Below, in pieces: positions 8,544 to 17,258 of a stretch of DNA of 64,000 nucleotides. The DNA is from an uncultured Candidatus Peregrinibacteria bacterium (lineage in GTDB: Bacteria; Patescibacteriota; Gracilibacteria; Peribacterales; Peribacteraceae): contig CAIKAD010000004.1 of the NCBI GenBank assembly GCA_903825315.1, positions 6,298 through 70,297 of the forward strand, written 5' to 3'. A model generated the notes under the pieces. That model was not told where the DNA came from. It worked only from the letters and a program-made list of their open reading frames with translations, and searched no databases. The position numbers were made by a program, and so were the translations under genes. Every line of letters begins with the position of its first letter. The first letter of the stretch is position 1.

Positions 8544-9731
8544 TCAGACGTACGGCGGAATCGGTTGTAATTTTTTCCGTTTCTCCTCTACAAAAATCAG
8601 GAGGAGGAGCGAGAGAACGGTGAGGACGATGGAGAGGAAGAAGGGCGCAGACAGGCCAAGCCGGTCCCACAGGAGTCCCGCGAGGAGCGAAGACGGAAGA
8701 CTCATCAACCCGATGACAAGCTGGAATCCGCCAAGCGTACTGGCGACGTAGTCCTTGTGCGCGAGTTCCGCGGCGAAAGTCTTTTGCACCGGATCGAGGG
8801 CGCCTTTATGGAGCCCGTACAGCGCGAAGGCAGCCACGATAGCCGCCGGATGGCGCAGGAAGAGGAAGATACCAAGGACGGCAGCCCAGGCGAGGAAGGA
8901 CGCATAGAGGAGCGGCTTGCGGCCCAGGCGGTCCGCCAGGCGCCCCACCGGCACGGAGACGAGGGCGGCGACGAGTGTAAAGAGCAGGTAGAGGAGCGGA
9001 ACCGTGCCTGTCGCAAAGCCGAGCGACGTAGCTGCGAGCAGCAGGAAGGAGTAGCTAAAGCCGCCGAGTTCCAGAAGTGCACTGGAAACTGTGAAGAGCC
9101 AGAGGTTCCCGGATACGTCGTGGAACCGGATGCCGCGGAAGATGGTGCCGGCGGCCGGTCCTTTTTCCCGTATGGCGAAGAAGACGAGTGCGACTGCAAA
9201 AACCGAGGGGACGGCTGCAATGAGGAATATCGTGCGCAGGGGCAGAAAGTGGATGAGGAGCAAGGAGAGAAGTACCCCTACGAGGGCGCCGGCATTGTCC
9301 ATGGCGCGCATGAAGCCAAAGTGCGTTCCCCGGTCTGTGCGCGTGGAAATGTCGGAGACGATGGCGTCGCGGGGCGAGGAGCGGACTTTTCCGGAACGGT
9401 CGAGGATGCGAAAGGGGATAACGGCGGTCCATGTGGGGGAGATGGCGTAGCCGATGCGCGCGAGCGCCCCGAAACAGTAGCCCATCCACACGAAGACCTT
9501 CCGCTTCCGGATCCTGTCCGACATGTATCCCGCCACGGCGCTGGAGACGGATACCACCATGTCCCCCAGCCCGTCGATAAGTCCCACAGCCGTCTTATTG
9601 GCGCCGAGCACCTGCGTAAGAAACAGCGGCCACACCGAATAGATCATGTCTGCTCCTGCGTCGTGGAGGAACGATGCCCATGCAAAGGTGTGTACGGTGC
9701 GCTTTACTTCCTGGGGCGTGGGTTGCGACAT
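8544..9731 (-). CDS. MFS transporter
   Basis: 395 aa, about 12 TM segments, MFS loop motif GYMSDRIRKRKVF. Confidence 0.85.
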   Translation of the reverse strand: MSQPTPQEVKRTVHTFAWASFLHDAGADMIYSVWPLFLTQVLGANKTAVGLIDGLGDMVVSVSSAVAGYMSDRIRKRKVFVWMGYCFGALARIGYAISPTWTAVIPFRILDRSGKVRSSPRDAIVSDISTRTDRGTHFGFMRAMDNAGALVGVLLSLLLIHFLPLRTIFLIAAVPSVFAVALVFFAIREKGPAAGTIFRGIRFHDVSGNLWLFTVSSALLELGGFSYSFLLLAATSLGFATGTVPLLYLLFTLVAALVSVPVGRLADRLGRKPLLYASFLAWAAVLGIFLFLRHPAAIVAAFALYGLHKGALDPVQKTFAAELAHKDYVASTLGGFQLVIGLMSLPSSLLAGLLWDRLGLSAPFFLSIVLTVLSLLLLIFVEEKRKKLQPIPPYV

Positions 9732-9815
9732 ACGTCGTTGGGACGAAGGACAAGGTGCCGGTACTGTACCAGAGTGAAGTAGTGCGATCTTGTTCCGGTG
9801 GGTATACTGATTCCC

Positions 9816-10349
9816 ATGAAGGATGTTTGTCCCTTGGTTCTTCGAAAAGATGTTACCCGTCTACGTCCTGCGGGACTTCGCCGCGGTTTTACCATGATCG
9901 AGCTTCTTCTGGTTCTGGGGATCATTGCGTCGCTCGCAGCAATCGTGATCATGGCGATCAATCCTTCCAAGCAACTTGCGCAGACCCGCAATACGCAGCG
10001 CCAGACCTATGCGCGGACTATTGTGGATGCCGTGTATCAGTACGCTATTGATAATCCCACGGGTACCGGTCTCAGCGGCGTTACAACGTCGTTCCAAATG
10101 CTTGGGACCGCGACAAACTGCAATGTGCATTGCGGTAACACCACCATTACGACCGCCAATTGCCTCGATATCTCCACGGCACTCATTCCCCTCTACATCA
10201 ACTCGATACCCGTTGATCCTTCTACCAACACAGGAACCACTACTTTTTCTGCAGCATTGACCGGCTATGCCATCAAGAAAGTGAATAACCGTTATACAGT
10301 GCGTTCCTGCAATGCGGAGTTGGGCCAGACGATTGAGGTAGCCCGCTAA
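9816..10349 (+). CDS. type IV pilin-like / prepilin-type N-terminal cleavage-methylation domain protein
   Basis: ...LRRG|FTMIELLLVLGIIASLAAIVIMAI is a class III signal peptide with the conserved Glu at +5. Four Cys in the globular part. The start is uncertain (ATG 9816 or GTG 9798) and the leader is long. Confidence 0.8.
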   Translation: MKDVCPLVLRKDVTRLRPAGLRRGFTMIELLLVLGIIASLAAIVIMAINPSKQLAQTRNTQRQTYARTIVDAVYQYAIDNPTGTGLSGVTTSFQMLGTATNCNVHCGNTTITTANCLDISTALIPLYINSIPVDPSTNTGTTTFSAALTGYAIKKVNNRYTVRSCNAELGQTIEVAR

Positions 10350-10366
10350 TGGTCAGAGGGGTTTTT

Positions 10367-10400
10367 CCCGCACGGACGCGTCATTGTTGTGCGGGGTTTT
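10367..10400 (+). terminator. possible rho-independent terminator after the pilin gene
   Basis: Stem CCCGCAC (10367-10373) / GTGCGGG (10389-10395) followed by GTTTT. The loop is long (15 nt), so this is weak. Confidence 0.35.
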
Positions 10401-10467
10401 GCCGGAATTATTTTTCGTAAGCCGTTCCTCCCGCAACCGTCAGAGCATGCATCTTTCCCCTATTCTT

Positions 10468-10659
10468 ATGAAATCCCTTTCCTGCAAGCAAATGGGTACC
10501 GATTGCGATTTTGTCGCCCGTGATGAGGACGAATACAAGGTCAGGGGCATGGCAATGCAGCACTTCATTACGGATCATAATGAACAATTGATGGCAATGG
10601 ATGAAGACGCTTGGGCAGGCGCATTTCGCAGAGAGGACGAAATACTGGCAGCACAATGA
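10468..10659 (+). CDS. DUF1059 family small protein
   Basis: MKSLSCKQMGTDCDFVARDEDEYKVRGMAMQHFITDH matches the DUF1059 pattern (SCKD.G.DCDF). Start moved to the ATG at 10468. Confidence 0.7.
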   Translation: MKSLSCKQMGTDCDFVARDEDEYKVRGMAMQHFITDHNEQLMAMDEDAWAGAFRREDEILAAQ

Positions 10660-10737
10660 TGCGTGAGTTGTCAGGAGGTTATGCAGCCGTCCGTAACACC
10701 GTAGTCGTCACAGGGCTCGGCTGCTACGATTTCCATC

Positions 10738-11679
10738 ATGATCAAAAGGATCGTTTCCTGGATCATCACTCTCGCGATTCTCGGACTTGGAGGCTCTATC
10801 CTGTATAGGCAGCTGCCCTGCCGGGTGCCCGTTTCCTACAGTATCGGTGCAGTGGATCCCCGCTTCGGGGTGTCGACCGAATCGTTCCGGCAGGCGGTGC
10901 GCTCGGCAGTACTTCTCTGGGAGGAAGCGGAGGGGCGCACTCTCTTTGAGGAAGTGGGGACGGGTGGAATGGTGATTTCCGCGGTGTATGACCAGCGTCA
11001 GGCAACACGGAACCGTCTCGAGGAACTTACGAGTAGCCTCGACAGCAGCGAGCGCACCTACGCCACGCTCCGTCCGCAGTACGACGCCGCACGTGCGCGG
11101 TACGACCAGATCGTGAAGGAGCTCGGCGTCCTCCGTTCTTCCTACGATCAGTCGCGGGAAACATACGATGCGGATGTACGAGCCGTGCAGGCAAGGGGGG
11201 CGACTCCCGGGGATGCGTCGCGGCTGGAGACGGAGCGGTTGGCCGTTAATGCGCTCGTGGATCAGCTGAATGCCAAACAGGCGGACATGCGGATTGCAGC
11301 GAAGGTCGTGAATGCGCTGGTTCCTGCGCTCCAGCAATTGGCCCAGCAGGAACATCAGTCGCTGGAGGAGTACAACAGGGTGGGGGAGACGATAGGAAGT
11401 GAATTTGAAGCGGGAATATATGCGCAAGAGCGGGGGGAGAGATCCATCACCGTTTCCTCATTCAGCGACCTTCCGGAGCTCACCCGGCTACTCACACACG
11501 AGCTTGGCCACGCCATCGGTCTCCCGCATATCGACGATTCCACAGCCGTCATGTTCCGCCTCAATCAATCCGGTGTCCTTGTTCTCTCTCCGTCAGACTT
11601 AGCCCTGCTCCACGAGCGCTGCAGCCTGTATCCCGGTGTGTGGTTGATGTTGAAGGATAGGTTTGGGCTGGGGGTGTAG
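10738..11679 (+). CDS. membrane-anchored metzincin (matrixin-like) zinc metalloprotease
   Basis: N-terminal TM (IVSWIITLAILGLGGSIL) and zinc motif HELGHAIGLPH (HExxHxxGxxH). The catalytic domain is interrupted by an Ala/Arg/Gln-rich helical insert of about 130 aa. Confidence 0.7.
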   Translation: MIKRIVSWIITLAILGLGGSILYRQLPCRVPVSYSIGAVDPRFGVSTESFRQAVRSAVLLWEEAEGRTLFEEVGTGGMVISAVYDQRQATRNRLEELTSSLDSSERTYATLRPQYDAARARYDQIVKELGVLRSSYDQSRETYDADVRAVQARGATPGDASRLETERLAVNALVDQLNAKQADMRIAAKVVNALVPALQQLAQQEHQSLEEYNRVGETIGSEFEAGIYAQERGERSITVSSFSDLPELTRLLTHELGHAIGLPHIDDSTAVMFRLNQSGVLVLSPSDLALLHERCSLYPGVWLMLKDRFGLGV

Positions 11680-11695
11680 AATTGGTCCTGTTGAC

Positions 11696-11811
11696 AAGGT
11701 TGTAGGTGGTAGCTTGTAGGTTGTAGTACATCCATACGAGGAATGGTGGAACGATTGCGCACGTTCATCAGAGACGCATGGACTACCACCTACTACCTAC
11801 GACCTACCATC
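11696..11811. repeat. palindromic intergenic element, 7-nt-period arms (GGTNGTA family), copy 1
   Basis: Left arm AAGGTTGTA|GGTGGTA|GCTTGTA|GGTTGTA|GTACATCCATACGAGGA. Right arm CTACCAC|CTACTAC|CTACGAC|CTACCAT is its imperfect complement. Lies between convergent stops (11679 and 11815). Confidence 0.8.
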
Positions 11812-11814
11812 TAT

Positions 11815-13239
11815 TCAGTACGCCTTCGCGTAGAGGGCCATCTGCGTTGCCGGCTTACCGCTGATCAAGTCCTTCCCCGTTGCTTTCTGTTCACCGACGA
11901 TGCGGATTGTTGCTTTCGTCTTTTCCTTGATCGCGTTGGCACTTTCCAAGGTGCCATCCCACGGAGCCCACACAAAACCTCCCTTTTCCTCCAGAATCTT
12001 CGTCATATCCTCAAGCGTGCCGGCTTCGGATGTATGGCTCTCGAGGTATTCCTGTGCCTGCGTGTAAAGACTCTCGTGTACTTCCCTGAGCTGCGCAGTC
12101 AGTGTCTCTCCTGTGCAGGAGGCGAGCGGGAGCGGCGTCTTGTTCCCCGTATCCCGTCGTACGAGCATGATCTGCTTCTTCTCCAGGTCCTTGGGCCCGA
12201 GTTCAATGCGCAGCGGTACGCCCTTTACTTCCCATTCGTTAAACTTGAAGCCGGGGGATTTTTCCTCACGGTCATCGAGGCGGACGCGGATAGTGGGTTC
12301 CAGTGCATCCTTCAATTTCCGCGCTTCCGCGAGGACCGCGGCCTTCTCCGTATCGGATTTATAGATGGGGACGATTACGGCTTGGATGGGTGCAAGGTAC
12401 GGGGGGAGCCTCAGACCTTTCTCATCTCCATGGACCACGATTACCGTCCCGATCAGCCTTGTGGAAACGCCCCAGCTGGTCATCCAGGGCCTCTGTGACT
12501 TGCCCTCGGCATCCAAAAAGCTCACACCGTACGCTTCGGAGAAGCCCTGGCCGAGATTATGAGACGTTCCTGCCTGGATTGCCTTGCCGTCCTTGGCCAG
12601 CGCTTCCGTGGTAAGGGTGTAGTGGGCCCCCGCAAAACGTTCATGGTCGGGCTTTTTCCCCGTGACTACGGGAAGGGCAAGGAACTCGCGGTCAAAGTCC
12701 GCGTACATCTTGAGCGCTGCCTGTGCCATGGCGTCCGCATCCTCATTGGTTGCATGGCAGGTGTGTCCTTCCTGCCACAGGAATTCCAGCGTACGAAGGA
12801 AAGGGCGCGTGCGCATCTCCCACCGGACAATGTTTGCCCACTGGTTGATTTTGAGCGGCAGGTCGCGGTACGAGGCGATCCACTTGGCGAAGGTTGCGTA
12901 GATGATCGTCTCGCTGGTGGGGCGGACGTAGAGCGGCTCGGTCAGTTTCTTCCCTCCGCCTTCCGTCACTACGGCGCATTCCGGTGCAAAGCCTTCCACG
13001 TGGTCTTTCTCCTTCGCCAAGAGGGATGCGGGGATGAAGAGCGGAAAGTACACGTTGTCCACGCCCATTGCCTTGATGCGGCGGTCCATATCCCGCTGCA
13101 TGGCCTCCCACAACGCATACCCGTATGGCTTAAAGATGATGCAGCCTTTGACATCCGAGTAGTCCGAGAGTTCCGCCTGGGCGATGACGTCGAGATACCA
13201 CTGCGGGAAGTCCTTTTGTTGATCAGCGATTCTGGGCAT
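11815..13239 (-). CDS. proS: proline--tRNA ligase (short archaeal/eukaryote-like type, no INS editing domain)
   Basis: 474 aa with class II aaRS motifs. The N-terminus (DFPQWYLDVIAQAEL...) and the C-terminal ...YAKAY end are typical of this ProRS type. Confidence 0.95.
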   Translation of the reverse strand: MPRIADQQKDFPQWYLDVIAQAELSDYSDVKGCIIFKPYGYALWEAMQRDMDRRIKAMGVDNVYFPLFIPASLLAKEKDHVEGFAPECAVVTEGGGKKLTEPLYVRPTSETIIYATFAKWIASYRDLPLKINQWANIVRWEMRTRPFLRTLEFLWQEGHTCHATNEDADAMAQAALKMYADFDREFLALPVVTGKKPDHERFAGAHYTLTTEALAKDGKAIQAGTSHNLGQGFSEAYGVSFLDAEGKSQRPWMTSWGVSTRLIGTVIVVHGDEKGLRLPPYLAPIQAVIVPIYKSDTEKAAVLAEARKLKDALEPTIRVRLDDREEKSPGFKFNEWEVKGVPLRIELGPKDLEKKQIMLVRRDTGNKTPLPLASCTGETLTAQLREVHESLYTQAQEYLESHTSEAGTLEDMTKILEEKGGFVWAPWDGTLESANAIKEKTKATIRIVGEQKATGKDLISGKPATQMALYAKAY

Positions 13240-13290
13240 GGAAGGAGAGTAGCAGTCTGATCTTTCGGCGGCTATAGGTGCTGTTGATTG

Positions 13291-13403
13291 GAATCCAAGG
13301 GATCCGAAGAAACCGAGGAAACCGAGGGAAGCATATGTATCAATTCTTGAGAGTTCGCTTACTCCCCCTCGGATTCTTCGGATTCATCGGTTTCTTCGGT
13401 TTC
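13291..13403. repeat. palindromic intergenic element, 9-nt-period arms (GAAACCGAG/GAATCCGAG family), copy A
   Basis: Left arm GAATCCAAG|GGATCCGAA|GAAACCGAG|GAAACCGAG. A 38-nt centre. Right arm CTCGGATTC|TTCGGATTC|ATCGGTTTC|TTCGGTTTC. Lies in the divergent proS/VIT promoter region. Confidence 0.85.
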
Positions 13404-13446
13404 TTTCTCTGATGCCACAAATGCTTCCACCTGCTACGCTACACGC

Positions 13447-14196
13447 ATGACTGAATCCGACATCAAGCATCGCCTGGCGCAGCATCGCGCAGCGGATATC
13501 CATGGCAGCACGCTGGGGCCGTTCATCCACGATATCGTCTTCGGCGCCCACGACGGCATTGTCACCACGTTCGCGGTAGTGGCGGGCACCGTAGGGGCGG
13601 ATCTTCCTGTGTCCGTCATTATCATCTTGGGCATGGCCAACCTTCTTGCCGATGGCGTGTCGATGGGCGCTGGTGCGTTTCTTTCCCTCAAATCCGAAAA
13701 AGACCAGTACGAGCGTATCCTCAAGGAAGAAATGATAGAGATTGACCATATGCCGGACATGGAGCGCGAGGAGATCCGCGAAGCCTACGAGGCCAAGGGG
13801 TTTTCCGGAACGGATCTTGACCGGGCAGTGGAGATTATCACGCGGGACAGGGAAACATGGGCGAAAACCATGATGCATGAGGAGCATGGCATGACGGGGG
13901 AGACAGCGTCCCAGCCTTTTGTTCATGGTTTCATGACATTCCTGGGGTTCCTCATCTTCGGCACCATCCCGCTCCTCCCGTATCTCCTGGGCTTCGGTGG
14001 CGGGCACCAGTTCCTCACCGCCATCCTTTCCACTGCCACTGCCCTCCTCTTTGTGGGCATTACGCGCAGTGTGGTCACACGGGAGCGTATTATCCGCGGT
14101 GTGTTCGAAGTGCTCGCCGTGGGGACGCTCGCCACAGTTGTGGCGTATGGGACGGGGGTCTTGTTACGGCAGGTAGCGAACGTTGCGGGAGTGTAA
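13447..14196 (+). CDS. VIT1/CCC1 family iron/manganese transporter
   Basis: FGAHDGIVTTFAVVAGTVGA signature, central acidic helical domain, C-terminal TM bundle. Confidence 0.9.
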   Translation: MTESDIKHRLAQHRAADIHGSTLGPFIHDIVFGAHDGIVTTFAVVAGTVGADLPVSVIIILGMANLLADGVSMGAGAFLSLKSEKDQYERILKEEMIEIDHMPDMEREEIREAYEAKGFSGTDLDRAVEIITRDRETWAKTMMHEEHGMTGETASQPFVHGFMTFLGFLIFGTIPLLPYLLGFGGGHQFLTAILSTATALLFVGITRSVVTRERIIRGVFEVLAVGTLATVVAYGTGVLLRQVANVAGV

Positions 14197-14209
14197 CGTG
14201 GGCTCGGAA

Positions 14210-14319
14210 GTGGTAGTAGGTGGTAGGTAATAGGTTGTAGGTGGTACAAAAAAAGAGCGATTGTTTCACTACTCCTCGTATGGATGTACTACAGCCTACC
14301 ACCTACAAGCTACAACCTT
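14210..14319. repeat. palindromic intergenic element, 7-nt-period arms, copy 2 (inverted relative to copy 1)
   Basis: The reverse complement of 14271-14319 is AAGGTTGTA|GCTTGTA|GGTGGTA|GGCTGTA|GTACATCCATACGAGGA. It shares a 21-nt identical block (TGTAGTACATCCATACGAGGA) with copy 1, but two 7-mers are swapped. Lies between convergent stops (14196 and 14339). Confidence 0.8.
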
Positions 14320-14338
14320 CTGAAATCGATATAAAACT

Positions 14339-14755
14339 TCAACCCGCTACGTAAATTCCAATAACAGTCACCACCGCTCCAAACAGAATCCCCCCCACTA
14401 CTTCCTTAAACGAATGTCCGAGCTGCTCGGCAAAGTGCTGCCAGTGCTGGAGACGGTTGAGGACTTTTGCCTGCTCGCCGATGGCGCGGCGCGAGCTCAT
14501 GGCGTCGTACCACGTGATGGCTGCGAACACGAACACGATGGCAAACTCTACCGACTCCACGCCAAGTTTCTTGCCCACGACAATGAGGAGCGACATGACG
14601 AACGCGGAGTGTGAGCTGGGCATGCCGCCCGGATGGAAGAGGTGCAGGTGCCACACCTGTGACCGCGCCATCTCCACGATTGCCTTCGTAATTTCCGCCA
14701 GCACGAGGACGGTGAGCGGAATGAGGAAGAGGTAGGTGTGGAGGAGGGATTGCAT
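14339..14755 (-). CDS. divergent PAP2 family protein (DUF212, acid phosphatase/vanadium haloperoxidase-related)
   Basis: 138 aa membrane protein with the HPGGMPSSHSA motif. Confidence 0.85.
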   Translation of the reverse strand: MQSLLHTYLFLIPLTVLVLAEITKAIVEMARSQVWHLHLFHPGGMPSSHSAFVMSLLIVVGKKLGVESVEFAIVFVFAAITWYDAMSSRRAIGEQAKVLNRLQHWQHFAEQLGHSFKEVVGGILFGAVVTVIGIYVAG

Positions 14756-14786
14756 GGGGGGAGTATAGGGGAAATTTTCTCCTTAT

Positions 14787-15310
14787 TCAGCTGACCTCTT
14801 GGAGGATAATAGTGGGTTGCACTGTTTTGGTAGTGAGCAGTTTTGTCGTTTGGTATTGCATCCTGATGCGAACCTCGTTCCTTCCTTCCCGCTGCGCGTT
14901 CTCAATCGCAGCAAAGAGGCTTTCAATCTGGTCCTGCGGGATGGTGGCGTTCCCCAGTACGGGAATGGAGATGATGAAGTTGCTTCCCTTTCTGTTGATA
15001 CTCAGGATACTGCTATTTTGTACAAGGCTCTCGCTGGTGTTGGTCGTGTTGGCGTCTTCCAGTTTTTTTATGCGGTAGGATTTCCCTTTTACCTGGAGCA
15101 GGATTTCCCCGTTGTTCCCTTGCTTGATTTCTCGCAGGCTGAATTCGCGGTTCCCCAAACGCAAGGCTTTGCCGCTCCTCCCAAGCGCAAGGAGGTCCTG
15201 CTTTTCATCTGCACTGCTGAGGTCGAAAACCTGGGGTACCGCCCTCTCGGGAGCGGCGGGTGCCGAGGCAGTGGGGGCTGTGCCGGATCGGTCAGCAGAC
15301 CCCGTTACGC
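14787..15310 (-). CDS. hypothetical ~150-aa alpha/beta domain; probably the frameshifted 3' continuation of the upstream gene
   Basis: ORF 14787..15560, but its first ~85 codons are an Arg-rich out-of-frame overlap with 15305..16162. There is no internal ATG before the domain (VFDLSSADEKQ...ILQEVS). One extra A in the A4 run at 15311-15314 would fuse the two ORFs. An alternative TTG start (LRLGNREF) is possible. Confidence 0.5.
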
Positions 15311-16162
15311 TTTTGGGCCTTCCGCGGGGGTGCCTGGAAGTACGTCGCTTTGGCTGGGGGCGGTGTTGGGTGGTGTGACTGCGCGTGTAGCTTCCGTGGA
15401 AGGGGGTGTTTCGGGAGTAGTGCCTGTTTCTGCTGGCGCTGCTGCGTCGCTGGGCTTGGGGGAGGGGGCTACGCCCAAGGCGGGCTTCAGCTTGTCGTTG
15501 ATCAGATAGCGCCCGCCATTGATGGCAAAAATCAGTCCGGTTCCTACGGCACCTGTCCACAGTACCGCTTTTATGAACTGGCCGAGCTTACCTAACACGC
15601 CCGGTGTACTACCAATTTTGCGCCAGCTGTTCTTCACCTTCTTCCATCCATACCACGAACCTCCCAAAAGCAATCCTGCCTGAGTAAGACCCGTCACGCC
15701 TTTCCTCCAATCGCCTTCCGTGACGCCTTGTCCGAAATTAGTGAAACCCTCCCCCAATAATTCGCGTACACTTTTCGGGGCTTTTATTGCTTGATTGATA
15801 CTCCAATTTTTCACTTCACCTGCTGCGTTTAGACCCGTATTGATACCCGAACTTATCGTTTCCCCGGCCAGGCTTGTTCCGTAGTTGATGACATCTCCCC
15901 CGTTCACTGTGAGAATCTGTCTCCGAAGGTCTTGGATCCGTGTCATCGCTTGGTCTCTAACACTGTTCTCTGCCCCGTTCTTGGTAGAGTCTAGCCATGT
16001 CGTTATGGCAGTCACGAGCCTGGCGCGCTCATCTGCCGTTGCGGTTTTTGCACTCGTAATGGCTGCATTGATTTGTTCCGGCCGGAACGCATTCACCTGA
16101 TCAGGGCGCAGTGCCGGGTTGAGCAGTTCGTTGATGACCGGCAGTGTTTCGAAGTTACCCAT
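15305..16162 (-). CDS. hypothetical protein with two Gly-rich hydrophobic segments and a Pro/Thr/Ala-rich tail
   Basis: 285 aa with no recognisable motif. Hydrophobic hairpin GVTGLTQAGLLLGGSWYGW ... AVLWTGAVGTGLIFAINGG. Tail ends ...GTPAEGPKA*. Confidence 0.65.
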   Translation of the reverse strand: MGNFETLPVINELLNPALRPDQVNAFRPEQINAAITSAKTATADERARLVTAITTWLDSTKNGAENSVRDQAMTRIQDLRRQILTVNGGDVINYGTSLAGETISSGINTGLNAAGEVKNWSINQAIKAPKSVRELLGEGFTNFGQGVTEGDWRKGVTGLTQAGLLLGGSWYGWKKVKNSWRKIGSTPGVLGKLGQFIKAVLWTGAVGTGLIFAINGGRYLINDKLKPALGVAPSPKPSDAAAPAETGTTPETPPSTEATRAVTPPNTAPSQSDVLPGTPAEGPKA

Positions 16163-16178
16163 AGGGGAAGGGGGGAAA

Positions 16179-17249
16179 TTACCTCGTGGTTGAGGTCGGA
16201 GTGGGGGATGTGCCGTTTGCTACGGGGGCAGGAGCAGGAGTCGTTGTTGGGGCTGGTTGGACCACGAAGGCAGTAGGAGCTGCGGTCGGTGCCGGCTGGT
16301 TCGCCTTCTCTTTGGTCACTTCTTCGTTGCGCTTATCCGCCATCTTGTTGAACGTATCCGTCGCCTCCGCGAGTTGCTGGAGTGTGTACTGCTTGCCCTT
16401 CTCCGGCTTTATCACTTCCTTGATCACCTGGTCGAGGTAACCCGTGAGCGAGGCGTAGCGCGTGCGGAGGCCGGGGTATTCGCGTCCCAGTGCTTCCTGG
16501 TTGGCGCGGAGTTTGACGAGAGTATCCAGGTCCTCTGCGGGCTTTTCGGATTTGAGCGTGCCGGGTTGCAGGCGTCCGCGGATTTCGCGCAGGTCCTTTT
16601 GGTCCTGCTCCGTCATGCCTGCGGGGGCGCCTTCCAGCCGCTTGGCCCAGTCTTCGTAGCCGAAGAAGCGCATCGCAGAAGCCATGCTTTTCTTGGTGCC
16701 CTGGGACATGCCGGAGAAGATGCCGGAAACTTTGTCCCAGAGTGGCTTGAGGACGTTTTCCCACAGGGGCTTGAGGGTGTATTCCCAGGCGACCTGCGCA
16801 CCCTCGCCGACCTTATTCCCCACGGTTCCCATCCAACCCATTGCCGTCTCCAACTTGCCGCCGATGCCTGTAGCCTTGAGCGTCTGGTGGATGCTGTTGC
16901 CGGCGAGGTTTACGTCCGTCTGTGCGCGCGACACATCCTGCCTTACCTGGAACCAGTCCTTTTCTTCGGGTTTCCCCTGCACTTCGGCTAACCGCTGTTC
17001 CGCTTCCATCTTAAGTGTTTCCAGGTCTGCCTGGATCTGTTCCTTTGCTATGCCATTTTCGAATGAACGCTTTGCATCCGCGATTTTCTTTTTGACATCA
17101 GTAATTTCCATCTTCTTCTCCACTGGCTGCTGCGCTTCTGGAGCGCGGGGCGCGGCTGGAGGTGCTTCGGGCGCCTGTGGCGCTGCAGCCGGGGCGGGAG
17201 GATTCTCGCGGGGGGCTTCGATGCCAGCGGTTCGGGGGGCTTCTGACAT
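16179..17249 (-). CDS. hypothetical protein (Pro/Ala-rich N-terminus, helical core, Pro/Thr-rich tail)
   Basis: 356 aa. 16 nt upstream of the next gene and 9 nt after the previous stop. Natural Lys/Glu-rich composition, unlike the antisense ORF. Confidence 0.65.
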   Translation of the reverse strand: MSEAPRTAGIEAPRENPPAPAAAPQAPEAPPAAPRAPEAQQPVEKKMEITDVKKKIADAKRSFENGIAKEQIQADLETLKMEAEQRLAEVQGKPEEKDWFQVRQDVSRAQTDVNLAGNSIHQTLKATGIGGKLETAMGWMGTVGNKVGEGAQVAWEYTLKPLWENVLKPLWDKVSGIFSGMSQGTKKSMASAMRFFGYEDWAKRLEGAPAGMTEQDQKDLREIRGRLQPGTLKSEKPAEDLDTLVKLRANQEALGREYPGLRTRYASLTGYLDQVIKEVIKPEKGKQYTLQQLAEATDTFNKMADKRNEEVTKEKANQPAPTAAPTAFVVQPAPTTTPAPAPVANGTSPTPTSTTR

Positions 17250-17258
17250 AGGAGTGTG

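Noticed and set aside
14787-15560. 257-aa ORF taken at face value
   Set aside because: Its first ~85 codons (MDRCRRNRTDFCHQWRALSDQRQAEARLGRS...) are an Arg-rich out-of-frame overlap of the upstream gene. Only the distal ~150 aa look like real protein.
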